Made by a program: the position numbers and the translations under genes
The notes under the pieces: generated by a model
Told to the model about the DNA's origin: nothing
Seen by the model: only the letters and a program-made list of their open reading frames with translations
The model's database searches: none
Assembly: GCA_034670305.1 (NCBI GenBank)
Contig: JAXMNT010000021.1
Coordinates: 1 to 64,000, forward strand
DNA from: Deltaproteobacteria bacterium
Lineage (GTDB): Bacteria; Myxococcota_A; Polyangia; Polyangiales; Houyiibacteriaceae
Length of the DNA: 64,000 nucleotides
Direction: 5' to 3'
Shown here: one piece after another, positions 8,450 through 18,598 of the stretch
Layout of the letters: each line of letters starts with the position of its first letter
Position numbering within the stretch: the first letter of the stretch is position 1

Positions 8450-8947
8450 TCAGTTCTCCGCCATGCCGTGGCAGCTGAAACAACCGAAGCCCTCCTGCGT
8501 CTCCGGGTTGTAGGGCTCGGCGCCGAGCATCTCGGTCATGCGTGGCCACACACGCTGCACCATGAACTGCGCCATGGGCTGCTCCGACTGGAACATCGAG
8601 GGCACGTGCGCGGGGTTGAGCGGAGCGATTCCGTTGGGCATCGCGAAGTCGACCTCCTGCATGTTCTCGCCGTGGCAGGTGGCGCAGTTGAACTCGGCGA
8701 ACCGCTCGCCGTCGAACTCCTGGAACATGCTCTTGAGCTCAGGCATCACCTGCTGCTGCATGAACGCGAGTCGCGCCGGACGATCCATGTCGGCCCAATC
8801 CGTCGGCTCAGGCATCTCGACGGGCGAGGACGCAGTTTCGTCTCCGGTCGTCGCTTCCACGTCGTCCGTCGATGTGCCGTCCGACCCACCACACGCCAGT
8901 ACGAGAGACATCCACACCACCACGTTCACATGTCGCCAAGCCGTCAT
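8450..8947 (-). CDS. Di-heme c-type cytochrome lipoprotein
   Basis: Lipobox VLAC; CATCH and CFSCH; GGAGG SD. Confidence 0.8.
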   Translation of the reverse strand: MTAWRHVNVVVWMSLVLACGGSDGTSTDDVEATTGDETASSPVEMPEPTDWADMDRPARLAFMQQQVMPELKSMFQEFDGERFAEFNCATCHGENMQEVDFAMPNGIAPLNPAHVPSMFQSEQPMAQFMVQRVWPRMTEMLGAEPYNPETQEGFGCFSCHGMAEN

Positions 8948-9022
8948 CGAGAGCACCTCCAACCGCGACCCTAGTCCGGTTCGATGCGCCAAGGCTGAAA
9001 CGGACCGTCCCAACCCTGCAAC

Positions 9023-9934
9023 TCAGGACGGCGTGGGCGTCGGGAACTGCGATCCGAAGTGCGCCACGGCCATCTCGACGAACGCGCGCACAGCGGCGGA
9101 GTGGTGTTTGCGGCTCGGAAAGGCGACGCACATCCAGAGCGAGGGGCTGCGCCAGCCGGGGAGCACCGCGGCCACGGTGCCTGTTTCGATCGCCGGCTGG
9201 GCAAAGAGGTCAGGGACCGCGGCGATGCCAAGACCGGCTTCCGCGGCCCTCAACGCCATGGGCAAGCTGTTGAGCGTGACGCGGCAGCGTGGCGTCGCCT
9301 CCACGCGGTTCTGATCCGAGTCCTCCAACACCCAAGGATGCGGGAGGCTCGCGGGCTGGTAGACGATGCCGTCGTGCCCTGCGAGGTCTGCCGGTGTCTC
9401 CGGCGTGCCGCGCGCGTCGAGGTACGCGGCGCTGGCCACGAGTCCAAAGGAAGTCTCCGCCAACCGCCGCACGATCAATGAACCGGTGGGGTCCGGCACG
9501 GCCGCGCGAACCGCGAGATCCACACCCTCTTCGATGAGGTCCCGGTGTTCGGGACCGAGCAAGAGTTGCACGTCGACCTCTGGGTACCGCTGGATGTACT
9601 TCAGCACCACCGGCGACAGAAAGTGTTCACAGAGACTCACGGAGGTTGCGATGCGCAGGGTGCCCGCCGGTGCGTCGCCCAGCGCGCGCACCGCTTGCAG
9701 TCCGCCGGAGATCTCCGTCGATGCGCGACGGGCGGATTCCACCAGCCGGCGTCCCGCGCCCGTGAGTCCGAACCGGCGTGCGGTGCGTTCGAACAGACGC
9801 ACGCCGACCTCGTCTTCGAGTTGGGCGAGCTTGCGACTCAGGGTGGACTTCGACACGCCGGTCTTCCGCGCGGCCTCCGCGAGCGATCCCGCCGCCGCGA
9901 CGTCCGCCAACATCAGCAGCGCGTTGAGGTCCAT
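9023..9934 (-). CDS. LysR-family transcriptional regulator
   Basis: GSLAEAARKTGVSKSTLSRKLAQLEDEVGVRLFERT HTH; DLIEEGVDLAVR. Confidence 0.95.
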   Translation of the reverse strand: MDLNALLMLADVAAAGSLAEAARKTGVSKSTLSRKLAQLEDEVGVRLFERTARRFGLTGAGRRLVESARRASTEISGGLQAVRALGDAPAGTLRIATSVSLCEHFLSPVVLKYIQRYPEVDVQLLLGPEHRDLIEEGVDLAVRAAVPDPTGSLIVRRLAETSFGLVASAAYLDARGTPETPADLAGHDGIVYQPASLPHPWVLEDSDQNRVEATPRCRVTLNSLPMALRAAEAGLGIAAVPDLFAQPAIETGTVAAVLPGWRSPSLWMCVAFPSRKHHSAAVRAFVEMAVAHFGSQFPTPTPS

Positions 9935-10050
9935 GCGGACACTGAAGAGCAACCCCGCGCGGGATGCAAGCGGGGCGTCCGCGCTCACCCCACGGGCCCC
10001 CAACGAAAGAACGGGGCGGACGCCCACGCGTCCGCCCCATTCTGCGTCGA

Positions 10051-10233
10051 CCGGTCACACACACACCAGTCTCACAGGCCGGTCACACACACCGGTCACA
10101 CACACCGGTCACACACACACCGGTCACACACACCGGTCACACACACACCGGTCACACACACCGGTCACACCCGCCGGTCACACCCGCCGGTCACACGCGC
10201 CGGTCACACACACCAGGCACACACGCCGGTCAC
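10051..10233. repeat. Minisatellite, about 13 copies of CCGGTCACACACA (13-15 bp units)
   Basis: Directly visible. Confidence 0.95.
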
Positions 10234-10239
10234 ATGCGC

Positions 10240-11361
10240 CTAGCGCTCGCAGACGAAGGCGCGGACCGAGCCGTCGAGCGCGGCGGTGAAGACGATCTCG
10301 CCGGCCGGGTCGGTGCGGACGGACACGCCGTCGGGCAACGCGACCGCGCCGAGCTCGGCGCCGTTCTCGGTCGACCACGCGCGCAGGGACCCTTCGTCGC
10401 CGAGCGTGAAGGCCACCCGGCCGCCCTGTCCGAGCGCGATGGAGTGCGAGCGGTGGGCGGGCGTCTCGATGGCCACGCCGGCGGTGAGGTCGGCGCCGTG
10501 GAAGAAGCGGACCCGTCCGTCGTCCACCGCGGCGAGCACGTCGCCCGCAACCGCGATCTCTCGGGCCGCGAATCCTTCGCCGCTGACGAACGCGCCGACG
10601 GTCTCTCCGGTCGCGCCACTCCGCACTTCGAGCGCGTGTTCGCCGGCACCGGCGACGACCAGTGCCCCTTCGAGGAAGGCCAGGTCGCGCACGTCTTCGA
10701 CGGCGGTCTCCAGCGGGCCGAAGCTCTCCCCGGTGGCCGGGTCGCGCAGGGTGACGCGGCCGAAGGACGACACATCGGCGTGGGCCACGAGACCGCGGAT
10801 GGCCTCGACCGCGACCGCGCTGATCGCGGTGTCCGGCTCGGTGCCGCCGACGATGTTCGGGAACGAGAACTCCACATCGAGCGAGGTCACGAGCCCGCGC
10901 TCGTCGCCCGCGACCACCGCCATGCCGGCGCCGTCGCGGCCGGGCAAGAACGCGAGATCGGTCGGCACCCCCACCGAGGTCTCGATGCCGTACGCGAAGG
11001 ACGCGGTGTTCAGTTCGGTGACGAACCCATCCAGGGTCCAGAGTTTGACGACGCCGTCGACCGAGCCGACCGCGACCTGGAGGTTCTCGTTCACGGCGAG
11101 CGTGGTCACCTCGCCGTGCTCGGTGGTGTCGTCGTTGTCGATCTCGCCGACCTGCAGGAACGCGCCGCCGTCGTGGAAGCAGCGCTCGAGTCCGGTGACG
11201 AGCGGAGGCAGGGTGACCGGCACGAGCGGCAGCCGAATCTCCACGTCGGCGAGCGGCTCCATGCGCACGGGCGGCGGCAACTCGGTGAACTCCGTGGTGT
11301 CGGCGCAGCCGGTTCCGAGCAGGAGGGAGAAGGCGAGGAGAAGAAGCGGTGTGTGTTTCAT
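10240..11361 (-). CDS. WD40/beta-propeller lipoprotein
   Basis: Lipobox LGTGC; GSVDGVVKLWT and GDEGSLRAWS WD-like repeats. Confidence 0.85.
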   Translation of the reverse strand: MKHTPLLLLAFSLLLGTGCADTTEFTELPPPVRMEPLADVEIRLPLVPVTLPPLVTGLERCFHDGGAFLQVGEIDNDDTTEHGEVTTLAVNENLQVAVGSVDGVVKLWTLDGFVTELNTASFAYGIETSVGVPTDLAFLPGRDGAGMAVVAGDERGLVTSLDVEFSFPNIVGGTEPDTAISAVAVEAIRGLVAHADVSSFGRVTLRDPATGESFGPLETAVEDVRDLAFLEGALVVAGAGEHALEVRSGATGETVGAFVSGEGFAAREIAVAGDVLAAVDDGRVRFFHGADLTAGVAIETPAHRSHSIALGQGGRVAFTLGDEGSLRAWSTENGAELGAVALPDGVSVRTDPAGEIVFTAALDGSVRAFVCER

Positions 11362-11451
11362 GAACACCAAGATGGCCGCTCGATGAGATAGTCGGTAGCC
11401 CAGGTGCGTGCATACGACCCATAGAGGCCATCTATGGGCGAGCGCAGGAGC

Positions 11452-11675
11452 CCGGAGCCGAAGCCGACTCCGAAGCCGAAGCCGACGCCGACTCCGAAGC
11501 CGACGCCGAAGCCGAAGCCGAAGCCGAAGCCGAAGCCGAAGCCGAAGCCGAAGCCGAAGCCGACTCCGACTCCGAAGCCGACTCCGAAGCCGAAGCCGAA
11601 GCCGAAGCCGAAGCCGAAGCCGAAGCCGATGCCGACGCCGATGCCGGCCGACCCAAGCCGACTCCGACTCCGAAG
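11452..11675. repeat. Hexamer microsatellite (GCCGAA/CCGACT/GCCGAT)
   Basis: Directly visible, between the divergent WD40 gene and clpB. Confidence 0.95.
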
Positions 11676-11781
11676 CTGGGTCCGGATCTTTGCGGGCGGC
11701 TTTGGTCGCGGTTGGCACGGCGTGCGTTACCTGCCGCTGTGAGGGTGCGAACGCGGCCGGCGTCGGACGCGATTGGGTGCG

Positions 11782-11809
11782 TTGACCGGTGCACTCGTGT
11801 GCTTAGCTT
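11782..11809 (+). promoter_or_regulatory. Putative clpB promoter
   Basis: TTGACC-N16-TAGCTT. Confidence 0.4.
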
Positions 11810-11901
11810 GCTGCTCGTGCCGCGGTGGTCAGCCCCACCGCCCGTTTTCAGCTTCCCCGCACCGTGTTCGGTGTGCCGGAACCCGTCCGCAGAAGACCCC
11901 C

Positions 11902-14511
11902 ATGCGACTTGATCGACTGACCCAGAAGACCCGTGAAGCCCTGCTCACCGCAAGCCAGCACGCCGCCGAACGCGGCCACCCGGAAGTGCATCCGGAGCAC
12001 CTGACCATCGCCCTGTTCGCGCAGCCCGATGGACTCGCCCCTGCGATCCTCACCAAGGCCGGTGCCGATCCGCGCAAGGTGGTGCAGGCCGCCATCGATC
12101 GCAGCGCCCGGTTGCCCTCGGTGCAAGGCGGCGCCGAGCCGACCCTCAGCCGCTCGACCCGCGAACTGTTCACCCGCGCCTGGGGCGAGACCGAGAAGTT
12201 CGGCGACGAGTACACGAGCGCCGAACACGTGTTGCTCGCCATGACGGAGGACAAAGACCAGCGCGCCCTGCTCGGCGTGACCCGGGAGGATCTCCAGACG
12301 GCCGTGTCGGAAGTGCGGGGCACCCAGAAGGTCACGGACCCGAACCCGGAGGGGAAGTTCCAGGCGCTCGAAAAGTACAGCCGCGACCTCACCCGCGAGG
12401 CGCGCGAAGGCAAACTGGATCCGGTCATCGGCCGCGACGAAGAGATCCGCCGCGTCATGCAGGTGCTCTCCCGCCGGACCAAGAACAACCCGGTGCTGAT
12501 CGGTGAACCCGGTGTCGGCAAGACCGCCATCGTCGAAGGCATCGCGCAGCGCATCGTCTCGGGCGACATCCCCGAGTCCCTCAAAGACAAACGCCTGCTC
12601 TCGATGGACCTCGCGTCGATGGTCGCGGGCAGCAAGTTCCGCGGCGAGTTCGAGGAGCGCCTCAAAGCGTTCTTGCAAGAGGTGGCGTCGAGCAACGGCG
12701 AGATCATTCTTTTCATCGACGAGTTGCACACGCTGGTCGGTGCCGGCGCCGCCGAAGGATCGATGGACGCGTCCAACATGCTCAAGCCGGCGCTCGCGCG
12801 TGGGCAGCTGCGGTGTGTCGGCGCGACGACGCTGGATGAGTACCGCAAACGCATCGAGAAAGACGCGGCGCTCGCCCGCCGTTTTCAGCCGGTGTTCGCT
12901 GGCGAACCGAGCGTGACCGACACCATCGCGATCCTGCGCGGTCTCAAGGAACGCTACGAGGTCCACCACGGCATCCGCATCCAGGACGCGGCCATCGTCG
13001 CAGCCGCGTCGCTCAGCGACCGCTACATCACCAACCGCTTCTTGCCCGACAAGGCGATCGATCTCGTGGACGAAGCCGCCTCTCGGCTGCGCATGGAGAT
13101 CGACTCGATGCCGGTCGAGATCGACCAGGTCGAGCGCAAGGTCATGCAGCTCGAGATCGAGAAGCAGGCCCTTCGCAAAGAGCGCGACTCGGCGTCCATG
13201 AAGCGGCTCGACCTGCTCGAGAAGGAGCTGTCCGAACTCAACGAGAAGAAGGCCGGCATGCGCGCCCGCTGGCTTCGCGAGAAGGAGCTCATCGGTGCGA
13301 TCCGAACCGCGAAGGCCAAGGTCGAAGACCTGAAGGTCGAGCTCGAGCGCGCGCAGCGCGTGGCGGACTTCGATCTGGCCGCGAAGCTCCAGTACGGCGA
13401 CATTCCTGCGGCGGAGAAGGCGGTGCAGGAAGCGCAGAACACCCTCGCGACCGCGCACGAAGGCGGCGCGTTCCTCAAAGAAGAGGTCACCGACGAAGAC
13501 ATTGCCGCGGTGGTCAGCCGCTGGACCGGCATCCCCGTGAGCAAGATGCTCGAAGGCGAGAAAGAGAAGCTGCTCGCGATGGAGCAGCGCCTCACCCAGC
13601 GCGTGGTCGGCCAAGACGAAGCGGTGGTCGCCGTGGCGAACGCGGTGCGCCGCAGCCGCGCGGGACTCGGCGAACCGGGGCGCCCGATCGGATCGTTTCT
13701 GTTTCTCGGACCGACCGGCGTTGGCAAGACCGAGCTCGCCAAAGCGCTCGCCGAGTTTCTCTTCGACGACGAGCGCGCCGTCGTGCGGCTCGACATGAGC
13801 GAGTACATGGAGAAGCACTCGGTGTCGCGGCTCATCGGTGCCCCGCCTGGCTACGTCGGATACGACGAAGGCGGACAGCTCACCGAACCGGTGCGGCGCC
13901 GCCCCTACGCGGTCATCCTCTTCGACGAGATCGAGAAGGCACACCCCGATGTGTGGAACGTGCTCTTGCAGGTGCTCGACGACGGCCGCCTCACCGATGG
14001 ACAAGGCCGCACAGTCGACTTCGGCAACACGGTCATCATCCTCACCTCGAACGTCGGCTCGCAGCACCTGACCGAAGACGTGGTCACGGAAGCCGCGCGC
14101 GACCGAGTGATGGCGGAGCTCCGCTCGAGTTTCCGGCCGGAGTTCCTCAACCGGCTCGACGAGACGATTCTTTTCGGACGCCTCGGGACCGAACACGTGC
14201 GCTCCATCGTCGACATCCAGCTCGTTGGTTTCCGCAAGCGCCTCGCGAGCCGGGATCTGCGCGTGGAAGTGAGCGACGACGCGAAGGACTTCCTCGCCCA
14301 CGCCGGATACGACCCGGCCTACGGCGCGCGTCCACTGAAGCGGGCCATCCAGCAGTACGTCGAGAACCCGCTCGCTCAGGAGCTGCTCGCCGGACGCTAC
14401 GTCGCGGGAGACGTCATCGTCATCGACGTGGTCGCGGGCAAACTCGGTTTCGGCAAGAAGGTCGCCGGCGCGGAGTCCCTCGGCACGCTGGACCCAAGCC
14501 TCGAAGCCTGA
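11902..14511 (+). CDS. clpB: ATP-dependent chaperone ClpB
   Basis: Two AAA+ modules ([16 protein letters not shown]), coiled-coil middle domain, GYVGY pore loop. Confidence 0.98.
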   Translation: MRLDRLTQKTREALLTASQHAAERGHPEVHPEHLTIALFAQPDGLAPAILTKAGADPRKVVQAAIDRSARLPSVQGGAEPTLSRSTRELFTRAWGETEKFGDEYTSAEHVLLAMTEDKDQRALLGVTREDLQTAVSEVRGTQKVTDPNPEGKFQALEKYSRDLTREAREGKLDPVIGRDEEIRRVMQVLSRRTKNNPVLIGEPGVGKTAIVEGIAQRIVSGDIPESLKDKRLLSMDLASMVAGSKFRGEFEERLKAFLQEVASSNGEIILFIDELHTLVGAGAAEGSMDASNMLKPALARGQLRCVGATTLDEYRKRIEKDAALARRFQPVFAGEPSVTDTIAILRGLKERYEVHHGIRIQDAAIVAAASLSDRYITNRFLPDKAIDLVDEAASRLRMEIDSMPVEIDQVERKVMQLEIEKQALRKERDSASMKRLDLLEKELSELNEKKAGMRARWLREKELIGAIRTAKAKVEDLKVELERAQRVADFDLAAKLQYGDIPAAEKAVQEAQNTLATAHEGGAFLKEEVTDEDIAAVVSRWTGIPVSKMLEGEKEKLLAMEQRLTQRVVGQDEAVVAVANAVRRSRAGLGEPGRPIGSFLFLGPTGVGKTELAKALAEFLFDDERAVVRLDMSEYMEKHSVSRLIGAPPGYVGYDEGGQLTEPVRRRPYAVILFDEIEKAHPDVWNVLLQVLDDGRLTDGQGRTVDFGNTVIILTSNVGSQHLTEDVVTEAARDRVMAELRSSFRPEFLNRLDETILFGRLGTEHVRSIVDIQLVGFRKRLASRDLRVEVSDDAKDFLAHAGYDPAYGARPLKRAIQQYVENPLAQELLAGRYVAGDVIVIDVVAGKLGFGKKVAGAESLGTLDPSLEA

Positions 14512-14514
14512 GCT

Positions 14515-14907
14515 TCAGCGGGCGTCGAGGACGTGGTCTTCGAGGACGAAGGCCGTCATCGTGCCGGAGACGACTTTGCGGTCGCCGACGGTGGCGAAGA
14601 CGTCGAGCACGCGCTTCTTGCCCCGGGACTCGGCGACGGTGGCGACGGCGACGACGGTCTCGCCGACCTTCACCGGCGCGACGAAGCGCACTTCGGCGGA
14701 GCCGAGCACCACGTTCGGATCGTTGACCGCGAGCATGGCCGCGTAGTCGACCGCGCCGAAGACGAAGCCCCCGTGCACCAGCCCCTTGCCGTCCGCGCAC
14801 ATGATCTCGCGGGTCAGCAGGGTGATCGTCGCTTTGCCTTCTTCGAGCTCCGTGACCTCTCCACAGAGGTTGCCATCGATCTCGAGGTGCGTGTTCGGCT
14901 CGACCAT
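14515..14907 (-). CDS. PaaI/hotdog-fold thioesterase
   Basis: GLVHGGFVFGAVDYAAM; VRFVAPVKVGE. Confidence 0.9.
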   Translation of the reverse strand: MVEPNTHLEIDGNLCGEVTELEEGKATITLLTREIMCADGKGLVHGGFVFGAVDYAAMLAVNDPNVVLGSAEVRFVAPVKVGETVVAVATVAESRGKKRVLDVFATVGDRKVVSGTMTAFVLEDHVLDAR

Positions 14908-14937
14908 GGGCAACAGTAGCGCTCAGGCGCCGGAGCG

Positions 14938-16293
14938 TTACTCGGAATCTGGCAGTTCGACCCGGACCGGGGTGCGCTGGTCGGGTCCGGGCACGCCGAG
15001 CTGGCCGTACATGTTGCTGCCCCAGCAGAACACCCGGCCTCGGGTGTCGAGCGCGCACGCGTGCCGTTCGCCGACATCGAGCGACGCGATGTCGCCGAGG
15101 CCCACCACCGGCACGAAACGTTCGCGTTCGTCGGTGGTCCCATCGCCGAGCTGTCCCGCGAAGTTGGCGCCGCGGCAGAGCGCTCGGCCGCCGGCACGTA
15201 CGCACGCGCTCAGGTACCGCGTCCGGTACTCGGTGACGTCGCTCAGTCCGTCGACCCGGCGCTCGGTCGGCGCGACGCTCGGTGCCCAGCAGTGCAGCGA
15301 ACCGGAGACTACCGCGCACTCGGCGCCGGCGCCGGTGACGTCCCCACGACCGACGCCGACATCGGTCGCGTCGAGATCGACCCGCGCCGTCTCGGTTCGG
15401 TAGATGCGGCTGCCGCTCGGGGAGTGGCCGAGCAGCCGGCCCCAGCAGAAGACGCCGCCTTCGGTCGCCACGCAGGTCGCTTTGTCTTCCGCGCTGATCG
15501 CGAAGGGTCGCGGAACTGGGATCTCCACCGTGCCATCGGCTTCCATCGGCAACCGGAGCAGCTGCCCCTCCAGATCGCTGCCGCGGCAGCGCACCGCGGT
15601 GCCGAGTTCGTGGGTGAGCGCGGCGCAGGTGTGCCGTGTCCCGATCGCGACGTCGAACACGCGTCCACCGTACCCGACCAGGATCGGCCGCTCGACGTTG
15701 CGGCCCTCGTCGAGACCGATCTGCCGCCACGCGTTCGAACCCCAGCACCACAGGTTGCCGGAGCCCGGCTCGTTCGCGCAGGTGTGGCTGCCGCCCATGA
15801 ACACGTCCTGCATCGGCGGCAATCCGTCGACGCGCTGCGGCGTGTCGCTCGGCACGTCCACGCCCTGGCCGATCTCTCCGTCTTCGCTCTGGCCCCAGCA
15901 CCAGACGTCGCCCGCTTCGCGGACCACGCAGGTGTTGTGGTGGCCAGTCGTGATCGAGACGGCGGGATTTGTGGGTTCGGGGCCCGCGTCGGGGAGCGGT
16001 GCGTCGTGGGCGGGTGCGTCGGTGCTGGCGTCGGGGAGGTCCGCGTCGTCGGTGGCGATGGTGTGGGAGCGGTAGCAGCCGGCGAGGGCGAGGAGGGCGA
16101 GGAGGGCGGCGGTAGCGGAAGCGGAAGCGGAAGCGGAAGCGGAAGCGGAAGCGGAAGCGGAAGCGGACGCGGAAGCGGTAGCGGAAGCGGACGCCGAAGC
16201 CGAAGCCGACGCCGACGCCGAAGCCGACGCCGAAGCCGAAGCCGAAGCCGACGCCGAAGCCGAAGCCGAATCCGACGCCGAAGCCCTGTTCAT
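14938..16293 (-). CDS. RCC1-repeat lipoprotein with long (Ser-Ala)n tract before the lipobox
   Basis: HTCA..CWGSNxxGQLG repeats; LALAGC lipobox; ATGA coupling with the upstream gene. Confidence 0.85.
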   Translation of the reverse strand: MNRASASDSASASASASASASASASASASASASASASATASASASASASASASASASASATAALLALLALAGCYRSHTIATDDADLPDASTDAPAHDAPLPDAGPEPTNPAVSITTGHHNTCVVREAGDVWCWGQSEDGEIGQGVDVPSDTPQRVDGLPPMQDVFMGGSHTCANEPGSGNLWCWGSNAWRQIGLDEGRNVERPILVGYGGRVFDVAIGTRHTCAALTHELGTAVRCRGSDLEGQLLRLPMEADGTVEIPVPRPFAISAEDKATCVATEGGVFCWGRLLGHSPSGSRIYRTETARVDLDATDVGVGRGDVTGAGAECAVVSGSLHCWAPSVAPTERRVDGLSDVTEYRTRYLSACVRAGGRALCRGANFAGQLGDGTTDERERFVPVVGLGDIASLDVGERHACALDTRGRVFCWGSNMYGQLGVPGPDQRTPVRVELPDSE

Positions 16294-18506
16294 TCGGCGG
16301 CTTCGGCGGTGTCTTCGAGGCGGGCGACCGTGACCGGCACGCCGTTGATGGCGGCGGTGCCGGTGAGGGCGTCGAGTTGTTCGTGGTCGGTCAGGTCGTT
16401 CATGCTGACGCCGGGCTTCTCTTGGGCGACGCGCTGACGGATGCCTTTGCGGCCGTGGCCGAAGCCGTGGGGCAGGCTGACGACGCCGGGCATGACTTGG
16501 TCGGTGATCTCGGCTTGGGTCTCCACGCTGCCGACGCGGCTGGTGACGCGGACACCGTCGCCGTTCGCGATGCCAAGCGGCTCGGCGTCCTTGGGATGCA
16601 TCATCAGCGTGCAACGCGACTTGCCGCGCATCAGGCGTGGTGCGTTGTGCATCCAGCTGTTGTTGCTGCGCACATGGCGCCGGCCGATCAAGAGCAGTCC
16701 TTCGTGCGCCTCGGCGGTGTCGAGTCGATCGAGGTCGCCGAGGAAACACTCGGGCGCAAGCGCGATGCGGCCCTTCGCGGTTTTGGGGAGCCGGTCCGGC
16801 ATCATCGGGTGCAGCGCGCCGAGATCGATGCCGTGCGGATGCTGCAGCAGCACTTTCAGGGTGAGCTTGCCGGGTTGCCCGAAACGTTTCGGTTTGATGC
16901 CGGCGACGCCCGCGCCGTAGGGCCCGAGGCGCAGACCGGCGTCGACGATCGCGCGCGGTCCGAGTTGTTCGAACGCTCGGACCTGAAGCGTGCGTTTGCC
17001 GAGCTGGCCGCCGCGGAGGATCTCGACCCGGCGCGTGAGGCCGAGAATGATCTCCCAGTCGTGTTTCGCACCGGCCGGTTTGGGGATGACCGCGGGCGAG
17101 AACTTGGCGGTGTTGCGCACCGCGACCGCGTGAAAGATCAGATCGTAGTGATCGCGTTCGAGCGGCGAGACCGGCGGCAGGATCACGTCCGCGTGGCGGG
17201 TGGTCTCGTTGAGGTACGGATCGATCGACACGACGAAGTCGAGGTCTTCGATCGCCTTGTCGAGCTGCGCGCCATTCGGGGTGGAGAGCACCGGGTTGCC
17301 GGCCATCGTGACGAGCGCGCGGATCTGTCCTTCGCCCGGCGTGAGCATCTCTTCGGCCATGACGCTGGCCGGCAGCTCGCCGTTGAACTCCGGCAGGTTG
17401 CGCACCCGGCTGCGCCAGCGACCGAAACTTCCGCGGCCGAGTCCGAAGCCGTTGGCGGCGTCGACGATGTCGATCGCGGGGTTCGGGAACATGACGCCGC
17501 CCGGTCGATCGAAGTGGCCGGTGAGCAGGTTGAGCAGGTTGATGGCCCACGCGTTGAGCCCACCGAACTCTTGGGTGCAGGCGCCGACCCGGCCGTAGAC
17601 CGCGGCGCGTTCGGTCATGCCGATCTCGCGGGCCAGCCGCCGAATCGTCGCGACCGCGATGCCGGTGCGTTTCGCGGCGCGTTCGGCGGTGAACGGCGCG
17701 ACGGCTTCGCGGACCTCCTCGAGCCCATCGCAGACCGGCGCAAAGCGGCCGAGGTCCACGAGGTTCTGCGCGAACAGTTCGTTCACCATCGCGAGCAAGA
17801 AGTACGCGTCGGTGCCCGGCCGGATGAACTGGTGTTCGTCGGCGACGTCGGCGGTCTCGGTGCGCCGCGGATCGATGACCACGACCCGGCCGCCGCGCGC
17901 CTGGATCTCGCGCAGCCTTCGCCGCATGCCGGGCGCGGTCATGATGCTGCCGTTGGACGCCATGGGGTTGGCGCCGATCATGAAGAAGAGGTCGGTGCGG
18001 TCGAGATCCGGGATCGGAAACAGCACCTGGCTGCCGAACATCTTCAAGCTCGCGAACATGTGCGGCAGCTGGTCGACGCTGGTCGCGCTGAAGCGCTGCT
18101 TGGTCTGCATCGCGCGCAGCATCCACGGCCCGTAGAGCATCGCGCCGAGGTTGTGGGCGTTGGGGTTGCCGAAGTAGAGCGCAAGCGCGCCCTTGCCGTG
18201 TCGCTCTTGCGCCGCGTGAATGCCCTGCGCCGCGTAGTCGAGCGCGTCGTCCCACGACATCGGCTCCCAGGTCGCGTGTTCCCCCCGCCCAACCCGTTTC
18301 ATCGGATGGCGAAGCCGATCGGGATCTTCGTAGAGGTCTTGCAGCGCGGTCGCCTTCGGACAGACGTGGCCCTGGCTGAACTCGTCCTTCTCGTCGCCTC
18401 GGATCGAGAGGATGTCGGTGCGGCCCTCTGGACGGTCGTCGAGTTTGATCTCGAGACCGCACATGGCTTCGCAGAGAGGACAGGTGGTGTGAGCGGTTCG
18501 TTGCAT
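16290..18506 (-). CDS. Molybdopterin (bis-MGD) oxidoreductase family protein
   Basis: CPLCEAMCG..CPK Fe-S motif; GANPMASNGS; C-terminal molydop-binding domain (RSNNSWMHN, LPHGFG). Confidence 0.92.
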   Translation of the reverse strand: MQRTAHTTCPLCEAMCGLEIKLDDRPEGRTDILSIRGDEKDEFSQGHVCPKATALQDLYEDPDRLRHPMKRVGRGEHATWEPMSWDDALDYAAQGIHAAQERHGKGALALYFGNPNAHNLGAMLYGPWMLRAMQTKQRFSATSVDQLPHMFASLKMFGSQVLFPIPDLDRTDLFFMIGANPMASNGSIMTAPGMRRRLREIQARGGRVVVIDPRRTETADVADEHQFIRPGTDAYFLLAMVNELFAQNLVDLGRFAPVCDGLEEVREAVAPFTAERAAKRTGIAVATIRRLAREIGMTERAAVYGRVGACTQEFGGLNAWAINLLNLLTGHFDRPGGVMFPNPAIDIVDAANGFGLGRGSFGRWRSRVRNLPEFNGELPASVMAEEMLTPGEGQIRALVTMAGNPVLSTPNGAQLDKAIEDLDFVVSIDPYLNETTRHADVILPPVSPLERDHYDLIFHAVAVRNTAKFSPAVIPKPAGAKHDWEIILGLTRRVEILRGGQLGKRTLQVRAFEQLGPRAIVDAGLRLGPYGAGVAGIKPKRFGQPGKLTLKVLLQHPHGIDLGALHPMMPDRLPKTAKGRIALAPECFLGDLDRLDTAEAHEGLLLIGRRHVRSNNSWMHNAPRLMRGKSRCTLMMHPKDAEPLGIANGDGVRVTSRVGSVETQAEITDQVMPGVVSLPHGFGHGRKGIRQRVAQEKPGVSMNDLTDHEQLDALTGTAAINGVPVTVARLEDTAEAAE

Positions 18507-18598
18507 GGCGGACAGAGGGTACCCCCGTCTCGTGCGCTCGGCCCGCCCGGGCTCAGGCCGACCTCACGCCTTCCGCCCACAGGTGGTACACCCCGGCG

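Noticed and set aside
10051-10233. Possible CRISPR array
   Set aside because: Units are 13-15 bp with no unique spacers, and there are no cas genes
11848-14301. Long antisense ORFs (e.g. 817 aa opposite clpB; also 5184-8108, 16377-18608, 26321-28615)
   Set aside because: Typical high-GC shadow frames of well-supported genes
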